Positions 48,380 through 58,800 of a DNA stretch of 64,000 bases are shown here, one piece after another (position 1 is the stretch's first letter; every line of letters begins with the position of its first letter). A model generated the notes under the pieces. The model worked only from the letters and a program-made list of their open reading frames with translations, did no database searches and was not told the DNA's origin. Both the position numbers and the translations under genes were made by a program. The stretch is from Chiloscyllium plagiosum (lineage: Eukaryota), in assembly GCF_004010195.1 (NCBI RefSeq), contig NC_057753.1, positions 7,188,130-7,252,129 of the forward strand, given 5' to 3'.

Positions 48380-50560
48380 AGACAGTATAGAACAGTGCAG
48401 CAGAGTACAGGTCATTCGACCCTCGATGTTGAGCCGAGCTTTCATCCGACTCTACAGTCAAACTGATTGGCATACTCTTCATTTTACTATCATACATGTT
48501 CCTGTACAAGAGTCGCTTCAATATTCGAAATGCATCTGACTCCATGACCACCGCTGACAGTTTATTCCATGGACCCACCACTTTCTGTGTAAAATGAACC
48601 TACCTCTGACGTCTCGCCAAAAACCTTTCTCCAATCAATATAAGATTATGCACACTCGTGATATCTATTTCTGGCCTGGGAGAAACTGTTGGACTCCCCA
48701 GTTTGTTTATGCCTCTCATCATCTCGTGCACCTCCTTTTAGCCATTTCTCATCTTCTTCACTCCAATGAGAAAGACCCTCGCTCCCTAACCTACATTCAG
48801 CAGACATGCTCTGCATCTAGGCAGCATTTTAGTAAATCTGCTCTTCACCTTCTCTAAAGCTTCAATATCCTTCTTATCATGTGGCGACCAGAACTGAACA
48901 GAATATTCTAGGTGTTACATAATTAGGGTTACATGGAGCTGCAGCATAACTTCGTGGCTCTTAAACTCAGTCCCCTGCTAATGAAATACACCAAAATATT
49001 CGCCCTTTTATGAACACTATCAACTTGATTGTGAACTTTGAGGGATCCGTGTTCATGAATCACAAAATCACTCTGTTCCCCAACACTGTCAAAACCTGCC
49101 TTCAAACCTGTAAGCTGCATTCAAATTATAACTTGCAAAACGAATCACTTCTCTCTTTTTCAGGTTGAATTAAGTATTCCACTAATCTGACGGGTTCTTC
49201 ATCCTTTCAATGTCCCGTTGTTAAAATACAACAGGCCTCCACATTATCCACAACTCAACCAACTTTCTTTTTACAGGAAAACTAATCAACACTTCCTGTT
49301 CCTGATCCCAGTCACTAATGAAAATCACAAAGAGGTGAGGTACCAGAACTAATAGAATTGTAATTCCTCCTCATCCAATTAAATACTTTCCCATAATGTC
49401 TGCTTCTCTCCCTCACCATGCCATTAATAATGATCAAGAAGTTGTGATCACTATCACCGAAATTCTCACCAACTGAGAGATCTGCCACCTGATTCGTTGC
49501 TAAGCACCAAATCTAAAATGACCTCCCCCTTGTCGGCCCATCTCCACACTGAGTGAGGAACCCTTCACAGACACACCTGACAGAATTTGTTCCATCCAAT
49601 TTATTTTCCCTAAAGATGTGCCAACCAATATTAAGGAAGTTGATGTCACCCATTATAACAACCCTTTTACTTTTGCACCTTTCCAAAATCTGCCATCTAA
49701 TCTGCTGCTCCATGTCTCTGTTGGTATTGGAGATCTGTGGAAACCACCCAACAAATTGAGTTTCTCTTTCCTGTTTCTGAATTTCACCGATACTAACTCA
49801 ATAAACAAACTCTCGTCGACGGCCTCCCTTTCTGCAGTTGTGATACTACCTCTGATTAGCAATTACTCTCCACCACCTCTTTTACCTCCCTCCCCATTAC
49901 TTTTGAAACAAGTAATGTGCAGAACCTCGGAGAACCATTCATACCCCTATGCTCTAAGTTCCTCATTCATATTCCAAACTCTTTTGTGTTAAAATAGACA
50001 CACTTCAATCAAACACACGGACTGCAACGTTGGCCTATCAAGTGTTTATCCTCCCAGGTAGACTCTGCTCTCGCTGTATCTGCCTGTTCACCAGCTGCCT
50101 CCAACCTCTCATCTTTTGTTCGGTTCCCATCTCCCTGCCAAATTAGTTCAAACCTTCCTGAAGAGCTATTGCAAGCTTCCCGGCGAAGATACTGGTGCCC
50201 CTCCGGTTCAGGTGCAACACATTATTCTTGGTAAGGTCCCACCTTCCCCAGAATTTATCGCGATGATGCACATATCTGACGCCCTGCCTCCTACACCAGC
50301 TCTGCAGCCACGTGTTCAGCTTCATACGCACTCTTTTCCTTGCCTCACGCCCGTGGTATATGTAGCAATCCGGACAGCACTACCCTGCTTGTCCTACCTT
50401 TTAGCTTCTAAATTAACTGTCTGTATTTACTTTTCACGTCCACATTCCTTTCTATCTATGTCGTTCTCTCCGATGTGTACCACGACATCTGGCTGCTCAC
50501 CTTTTCCCTGAAGAGTCCTGTGAACACGATCCGAGACATTCCTGACCTTGGCACTGAGGG
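48380..50560 (-). mobile_element. Old CR1-like LINE, paralogue of 16780-19000
   Basis: LNTWLQSWCRRQGVRY..VLHLNRRGTSIFAGK (ORF 50143-50331) and VVIMGDINFLNIGW (ORF 49513-49713). Confidence 0.75.
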
Positions 50561-51105
50561 GTCAATAAACTTTTGGGGAGTATTATTCGTTGTTGACAAT
50601 GCTTCTTCTTTCCGTGCTCTTATATTGAATGTTTCTATGAAAGCACGATTCATTAATGAAATTACCACGGAGTGTTTAGGCATCATGCCTGTATTGCGCT
50701 ATCAACTAATTAAAAAATACTGCCTGTATCATTTGGTCAATAAACTACGCTTTATTCAGTACTGCATAATAACCAGGATAGCAAGAAATAACCTTTTTTT
50801 CGAAGTTTAGCTTCTTAGAACTTGCGTAGCATCAGGTTTCAAAGTCATTTTGCGGAATAACCATGTCCCATATTCACGTAAATGTTTTGCAGTACATCCA
50901 CGTTTGATACAGTAAAAGCTTTGATTGTTTTTGTTATGACATTAAACTGGTGCATTTCATTTTAGCATGTGGAATGAATTGCATTAATTATTAATCAGAT
51001 TTATTCCTGAAAACCATTGTTTTTTTAAGCTTTGACTCCTGAGGCTGAAAATGTTACCTTGAAAATAATATGTTATATGTACAATGTAAAATGAAATATT
51101 AATTG

Positions 51106-53124
51106 CAAAAGTGTCAAAAAATGAAACAAGCGGGCTAAAAGGGGTCATGAAATAGCTTTACCAACCAGGATTAATGAAAATCACAAAGCTTTTTTATTCT
51201 TATATCAGAAGCAAGCGGGTAACTACAAAAGTGTCAAAAAATGAAACAAGCGGGCTAAAAGGGGTCATGAAATAGCTTTACCAAGCAGAATTGATCAAAT
51301 CACAAAGCATTTTTATTCTTATATCAGAAGCAAGCGGGTAACTAAGGAAAGGATTGGTCCACTAAAATATAATGAAGGAAGGCTGCGTGCCGCACCTGAG
51401 ACAATGTGTGAGATTCTGAATGATTACTTTGCATAACTGTTCAATGAACTTGATGAATCTTGATATTAGAGATAAAAGTTGGATTAGTCTCGATCACGTT
51501 GGCATAAATAGGGTAGTTTTTTCGGTTAATCGAGTTTTTTTTCAGGTGCCTAAATCGCCAGTCCTGAAAAGGATCTATCCCACGTTGCTGAGGCAGGCGA
51601 AGGAAGACATAGCTGGGGTCCTGACATATATTTTTATAGCATCCTTAAACACCAGTGCGGTGCTGATGGACTGGAAGATTGTTCATGTTGTCCCCCTGTA
51701 CAAGAAGTGTAGTAGTCATATTCCCGGTAACTGCACATCAGTGAACCTGACGTCCTTGTTGGGACGTTGCTGGTGAGCGTACTGAGAGATAGGATGCATT
51801 TATATTTGGAAAGGAATGAGATTATCAGTGATGGTCAACATAGCTTTGTGTAGGGAAGATCGTGCCCTACGAACTTGATAGATTTTTTCGAGGAAGTGAC
51901 CAAGTTGTTAGATGAAAGAAGGGATGTTGATGTCATATACATGGACTTTAGTAAGGCGTTTGATAAGGTTCACCATTGTAGACTAATGAAAAAGGCGAAA
52001 TCACATGGCCTGCAGGGTATTCTAGCTAGGAGGATAAAGATCTGGTTGAGCAACAGGAGACGGAGAGTCGTAGTTGAAGAGAGTTTCTCGAAATGAAGAA
52101 AGGTGACAAGTGGTGTTCCACAGGGATCAGTATTGGGGCCACTGTTGTGTATAATATACGTAATGATCGAGTAGAGGGCACTGTTGGTATGATCAGCAAG
52201 TTTGCAGACGACACAAAGATTGGTGGTGTAGCAGAAAACATTAGGGACTGTCAGAGAATACAGGAGAGTATAGATAGACTGGAGAGTTGGGCAGAAAAGT
52301 GGCAAATGGCTTTCAATCCAGCCGAATGTGAAGTGATGCATTTAGGCAAGTCTAATTCCGTAGCGAATTATACAATGAATAAAATAATCTTGGGAAAAGT
52401 TATTGGGCAGAGCGATCTGGCAGTGCAGGTCCATTGTACCCTGAAGGTTTCTGCACAGGTGGATAGAGTGATCAAGCAGTCATATAGTATGCTTGCCTTC
52501 ATTGGACGAGCTATTGAGCATAACAGCTGGCAAGTCATGTTAAAATTGTACAAGACATTGGTTCGGCTGCATTTAGAATACTACGTACAGTTCTGGTCAC
52601 CAAAATTACCAAAAGGATGTGGGCGCTTTGGAGAGGGTACAGAGAAAGTTTATGAGGATGTTGCCTGGTATGGACGGTACGAGCTATGAAGAGAGTTTGA
52701 GTAGGTTAGGTTTATCTTCACTCGAAGAAAGGAGATTGAGGGGGGACCTGATTGAGGTTTACAAAATCATGAAGGGTATACACAGGGTGGATAGAGATAA
52801 GCTTTTTTCCCAGGGTGAAGAATTCAATAACGAGAGGTCTCGCTTTCAAGCTGAGAGGTGGAAAGTTTAAGGGGGATACACGCAGCAAGTGCATCACACA
52901 GAGGGTGGTGGGCGTTTGGAACAGCAGAGGTGGTAGAGGCAGGCACGGCAGATTCATTTAATATGCATCTTGACAGATGATTCAGTAGGTGGGGAGCAGA
53001 GAAATACAAATGCTTAGGAAGTGACCGACAAGTTATGACAATACATTTGGAACGTCTCAGGTTTGGCGGTCCAAAGCGTCTGTTCCTGGGCTGTAAAATC
53101 TCTTTGTTCTTTTTACTTTGTTCT
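51106..53124 (+). mobile_element. CR1-like LINE ORF2 fragment (paralogue of 7545-9349) with a 120-nt tandem duplication at its 5' end
   Basis: ORFs 51875-52096, 52093-52689 and 52619-52870 carry CR1 RT motifs; the insertion is absent at the homologous site (~15662) of the gene-less cassette. Confidence 0.9.
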
Positions 53125-54262
53125 AAAGTCACCCACAGCAAATATCCAATAGAAATTCAAAAGAATGTGCACGCAAAACACAACGTGCAATCTTTTCTTT
53201 TAGGTTTTCAGTAAGTAAGGATGACAGTAAAAGAGGTGAAACTAAGATTAATTATCAAGGAGTCTTTTGATAAAATATGTATTTTCGTCCGCATTTTTAT
53301 CAAGTCTTCAGATTTGTCTCTACAGAGATTTCACCATATTCTCCAGCTCTTTTCTCAACTTTTTTTCCTGTGTTTCTGACTGACTACTTGCAGTCTACAA
53401 GAATTTCGGTCTCATCTGAGTGTTGGCTCGTCAGAGTGGTTTTTCTCAATGACGCTCTGAAATTCAGGAAGGCAGTGAGGTCTGCAGAGGCTGAGATCAG
53501 AGTTGAGAATGTGTTGCTGGAATAGCACAGCAGGTCAGGCGGCATCCCAGGAGCATAAAAATCGACGTTTCGGGCCAGAGCACATCATCAGTGTTCACAA
53601 TCCTCGGATGCTGCCTGACCTTCAGTGCTTTTTCCAGCAACACACTCTTAGCTCTGTGAAAGTCAAATTTTTGACTCTCTGTACAGAATAAGAACTAGGA
53701 AGTTGTCTCCAAAGTGCAGATCTATTCTATCCACTCACATTGCCAAAAAAATCTTCATGGTTCAGCGTAGTGAATCATTTCAAACAAACACAAATATTAA
53801 CACAAACACACAAAAAAACAAATCTCTCACGCAAACACACACACAAACACACACACATTGCTAGAATTGTCAAACAAGACAGCAATCTCGGATTGTTCCC
53901 AGTCCAAACTTAAAAGCAGAAGTGCCAAATTGCCTCCTGATATGTGCTCAGATTCCTTTGATATTAATTCATAGGTGAGACATCACTTCCGACTTCATTA
54001 TACTTTTTAGAAATATTTATTCACAATTTGTAATTTGTCCCCTTTGAATGAATTTGCTATTTGTAACATCACAAAAAAGTATAAAGAACAGAAAAATATT
54101 CAGAATAAATTGTCCCACAGCAAAACTAAGTAATGTAAGTTAACAACTTTTTTTAAATGTACATTAACAGAGTCGAAGAAAAACCTATTGTTTTAGAAAT
54201 AAATGAGATGAAAACTCAGCTACGTTGTTGTACTTTGAAAATAAGGACTCTGTTTATACATT

Positions 54263-54792
54263 TTAACATATGCTGAGGGTTTGTTTCCATATAGGTTTCA
54301 TCATATTCAGCAGCGATTCCCTGAATTTGTTCTGTGTTGCTGCAAGAGGTGAAGCTAAGAAAGTTGCTCTTGTTCTACAGCCCCACTGGACATTTTGAAC
54401 GATCTTCTCAGGCTCATATGCAAACAAAACCGGAATATTCTTGAAGAGGATCAGGGCTGAGACGATTATTAATAATGTGATTGCGGTTCTTTTTGTGCAA
54501 TACTTTCTTTTAAACTCCTGACAGCAGATCATCACAAATCTGTCAAATGTGAAGGATACGGTGAACCAAACAGTTAGATCGAGAGATATGGCACTCATGT
54601 ATACAATGAATAAGCATACAGGTGTGTGAGACAAGAAGGAAAATGGAAAATAATAGTTCAAAATGCGATACACGACAATATTAATGATAATGGCCAATAG
54701 ATCTGAAGTTGCCATAGCCACCATGTAAACCGAGATACACTTGGAAAGACCACAATCGCCTCTCAAGAGAATCAAAATTGTCATCGAATTCG
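54263..54792 (-). pseudogene. GPR139-like GPCR, copy 3, exon 2 with in-frame 369-nt deletion of TM5-TM7 (spliced product 199 aa; pseudogene or truncated receptor)
   Basis: Intact CTTACAG acceptor; exon is 530 nt versus 899 nt in copies 1 and 2. The translation jumps from FLASPL to AATQNKFR, losing 123 codons, with no stop or frameshift. Confidence 0.85.
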
Positions 54793-54816
54793 CTGTAAGA
54801 GAGAATGAGAAGGTCA

Positions 54817-55818
54817 TATAACATATAGAACATAGAACATAGTACATTAAAGCGCAGTCCAGGCCCTTTGGCCCTCGATGTTGCGCCGCCCTGTCATACT
54901 AATCTGAAGCCCTTCCCACCTACACTATTCCATGTCAATCCATATTCCTTGTCCAATGACTACTTAAATGTACTTAAACTTGGCGTATCTACTACCGTTG
55001 CAGGTGAAGCATTCGTTGCCCTTATGACTCTATGAGTAAAGAAACTACCTCTGACATCTGTCTCATCTCACTTTAAAGTTTTGTCCCCTCGTGTTTGCCG
55101 TTCCCATACTTGGAAAAAGGCTCTCCCTGTCCACCCTATCTAACCCTCTGAATATCTTGTATGTCTCTATTAAGTCACCTTTCAACTTTCTTCTCTCTAA
55201 CGAGAACAGCCTCAAGGCCCTCAGCCTTTCCTCAAAAGACATTCCTTCCACACCATGCAACATCCTATTAAATATCCTCTGCACCTTTTCAAAGCTTCCA
55301 AATCCTTTTTATAATGTGGTGACCAGAATTGTACACAATACTCAAAGTGTGGCCGTGCCAGAGCTTTGTACAGCTGCAGCTTAGCCTCCTGGTTCTGGAA
55401 CTTAATCCCTCGATTTATAAAGGCCAAAACACAGTATGCCTTCTTAACAACCCTGTCAATCTCGGTGGCAACGTTCAAGGATCTGTGTACCTTGACACCG
55501 AGATCTCCCTGCTCATCTGCACTCCCAAGAATCTTACCATTAGCCGAGTAGTTTGCATTCCGATTACTCCGTCCAAAGTGTATCACCTCACCATTGTCCA
55601 CATTAAACTCCATTTGCCACCTCGCAGCCCAGCTCCGCATCTTATCTATGTCTCTCTGTAACCTACTACATCCTTCGTCACTGTCCACAAATCCACCAAT
55701 CTTAGTGTCATCCGCAAATTTACTTAACCATCCATCTAAGCCCTCATCCAGGTCTTTTATAAAAATGTGGAACAGCAGTGGATCCTACACCGACCCTTGC
55801 GGTAAACCGCTAGTAAGT
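54817..55818 (-). mobile_element. Same CR1/HER1-like insertion in the intron of copy 3
   Basis: ORFs 55221-55688 and 55063-55284 encode CR1 RT/C-terminal peptides (EYCVQFWSPHYKKD, LERRKLKGDLIETYKI); TGACC on both sides. Confidence 0.9.
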
Positions 55819-56148
55819 GGTCAGTATTTTTTTAAAAAATCATTCATTGGATGACGGTGTCATGGGCTCAGCTGGCACTCATTGCACATGTCTCATTCTC
55901 CAAAGCTAAATTACGATACAAATATAATATTATTCATCGGCCTGAAGAGGTACGGTGCTCCCGCGAGGAGGTTGAGCAATTCATCAACTTCACCAACACA
56001 TTCCACCCTGACCTTAAATTTACCTGGACGCTAAATTACGATACAAATATAATATTATTCATCGGCCTGAAGAGGTACGGATGGTATTTAACTTTCATAA
56101 CGAACGTTAGTTACCTCAGTAAGGTTTTCTCAATAATTAGCGATGGAT

Positions 56149-57233
56149 GCACCACTCCCCACCTCTTCCTCCGCGACATTGATGACTGCATTGGCGCCAC
56201 CTCGTGCTCCCGCGAGGAGGTTGAGCAATTCATCAACTTCACCAACACATTCCACCCTGACCTTAAATTTAGGTGGACCATCTGTGACACCTCCCTCCCC
56301 TTCCTGGACCTCTCCATCTCCATCAGTGACGACCGACTTGACACTGACATTTTCTTCAAACCCACCGACTCCCACAGCTACCTGGATTACACCTCTTTCC
56401 ACCCTACCTCTTGCAAAAATGCCATCCCGTATTCCGAATTCCTCCGCCTCCGCTCAAACAGTTAAGGAGGTAAAATTCTGATGAAGGGCTTTTGCCCGAA
56501 ACGTCGATTTTGCCTGTCCTCGGATGCTGCCTGAATTGCTGTGCTCTTCCAGCACCACTGATCCAGAATCTGGTTTCCAGCATCTGCAGTCATTGTTTTT
56601 ACCTCGTTGATTTTAACCCTACTGCGAATCCTCTTGCAAGGATGCCTGCCTTGAAGACGTTTTCCTCCTCTCTCTACAAGAATCTCAGGGAGTCTCTCTC
56701 TCATTGCAACTCCCAGGTCATTTCCTCTCTCCATGCTTCAGGCTCTCTGCCTTTATTCCTGATGGAGGGCTTTTGCCCGAAACGTCGATTTTGCCCGTCC
56801 TCGGATGGTGCCTGAACTGCTGTGCTGTTCCAGCACCACTGATCCAGAATCTGGTTTCCAGCATCTGCAGTCATTGTTTTTACCTCGTTGATTTTAACCC
56901 TACTGCGAATCCTCTTGCAAGGATGCCTGCCTTGAAGAAGTTTTCCTCCTCTCTCTACAAGAATCTCAGGGAGTCTCTCTCTCATTGCAACTCCCAGGTC
57001 ATTTCCTCAGCCCTGAAGCTCTTCCCTGACCGATCACCTTCATCTCCTTCCCCACTGACATATTGTACTCTATGCTACTCTATCCCCACCCCCACCCTCC
57101 TCTAGCTTATCTATCCACGCTTCAGGCTCTCTGCCTTTATTTCTGATGAAGGGCTTTTGCCCGAAACGTCGATTTTGCCTGTCCTCGGATGCTGCCTGAA
57201 TTGCTGTGCTCTTCCAGCACCACTGATCCAGAA
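56149..57233 (+). mobile_element. Young Penelope-like element fragment (RT plus tandem terminal repeats) in the intron of copy 3
   Basis: LFLRDIDDCIG..FINFTNTFHPDLKF..SLPFLDL..FFKPTDSHSYLDY.S.HP..CKNAIPYS is a Penelope-type RT/thumb; three repeats start at 56478, 56759 and 57143; absent from copy 1. Confidence 0.85.
56472..56511 (+). ncRNA. Minimal hammerhead ribozyme motif (further copies with cores at 56759-56786 and 57143-57170)
   Basis: AAAAUU-CUGAUGA-A-GGGC(UUUU)GCCC-GAA-ACGU-C-GAUUUU; predicted cleavage after C56505. Confidence 0.6.
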
Positions 57234-57863
57234 TATGATGCGGAGGTATCAGTGTTCGACTGTGGTGGATGATTTTTGTCTTAAATTACACGACATCAGC
57301 TTTGTTACAACAGGTTTATTTGAAAGTACAAGCCTTCGAAACCCTGCTCCTTCATCATATACATTATGGAGTAGGATCATTGGACGTAGAATTTATCACA
57401 AAAGATCAAAATGTCATACACTGATGAGTCATACTGAACAAACCTAGATTGGTGTTAAGTCTTTCATATTTGAGAAAGGTTTGCAGTTTTCGATTCATTA
57501 TAATGTAAACCTCAGAACTTTTTACAAGTCACATTCCCGAGTTAACTTTAGGTGTTCGTATAAACAATGACATCTCAGTTCGGGCAATACATTTGCAGTG
57601 TGAGGTTAGAGTCCATAAGTATTCAAACGTTGTGTCAGAATTGCACTATTCCAAAGTAGTAATTCATAATATGTTCCATGGATTATTTTTTAAAAATGAT
57701 TGTCTACACATTACGTACTTTTTGAACAGAGTACAATGTATCGACAGATACAATTCTGCGGCCGCAAATTCACCCTGTAGGCTTATATTATGTGTGTGCT
57801 AGCATTGCATTATTTCTATATTGTTCAGAAATTCATAACGCAAGGCTGACTGTGTTGGAATTC

Positions 57864-58123
57864 GTACGCAACAGTCCAGAACATCACCTGAGTCTCTGTA
57901 TTAATAATCCAGCAAATATATCACTATTGCATCACCACACCTCAGATTTATATCAATGTATCATGCATGATTGAAATGCATGTGAAGATACTTACGTACG
58001 CAACAGTCCAGAACATCATCTGAGTCCCTGCATTAATAATCCAGCAAATATATCACTATTGCATCAACACACATTTATATCAATGTATCAATGCATGATT
58101 GAAATGCATGTGAAGATACTTAC
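57864..58123. repeat. ~130-nt tandem duplication in the intron of copy 3
   Basis: 57864-57995 repeated at 57996-58123; single in copy 1 (~3538-3665). Confidence 0.9.
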
Positions 58124-58730
58124 TGCCAACATTTTAACACAAGCCTTGTAATTCATAGCATCATTACAGGGGAATACAGGCCATTCAGTCCAACAACTGC
58201 ACACTGACATTCCAAAGAGCAGCCCATCAAGACCCATGAGTCTCATCAGGTTTCCCAGGGATTATCGAAGGCATATGCACCTAATTTAAACATCCTGCAC
58301 ACAATGGGCAACTTATCACTGCCAATCCACGTAACACGCACAGTTTTCCACTGTGGGAGGCAACCAGCACCAGCTATATCCAGACTGTGGAACGAAATGG
58401 AATCGTGCTCAGGTCCGTTGTGCTGTGATGCAGCAGTTCGTACCACGAGCTACTGACCCTTTCGTATGGCAGTACTGTCGGTATTCTATCCACAATAGTT
58501 TGACAGTGTAAGGATTAAGGAAAAACAAAATTGCAGACGTCAGTTATATTACATTATTATTACACCAGGAATATTTTGAGAAAGTGGGAAGATTGGAAAA
58601 TGCCCACAAATCATTGTTGATTTTGTTGTGATAACACTGTTTTGGCATTGGCAGAAAGATCTTTCCACAATAAGGCATTAGCATGAAAGGAAAACAATGA
58701 CTCAAAAACAAACAGACTAGGAAGATTTAC

Positions 58731-58800
58731 CTGGAATGCAAATAACTGCTAGAATCGGATAACATATTTCTTTCATGAGCAAAATCCATGGTTTCCCCAT
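58731..58800 (-). CDS. GPR139-like GPCR, copy 3, coding exon 1 (MGKPWILLMKEICYPILAVICIP)
   Basis: Minus-strand ATG at 58800, 70 nt, intact CCAG|GTAAAT donor. Confidence 0.8.

Noticed and set aside
55851..56465. 204-aa ORF as a host gene
   Set aside because: Chance fusion of antisense intron sequence with Penelope RT fragments; the catalytic motif reads DIDD and the RT is partial.
56478..57233. CRISPR-like array
   Set aside because: The repeats are long with repeated rather than unique intervening sequence, there are no cas genes, and the context is a eukaryotic retroelement.
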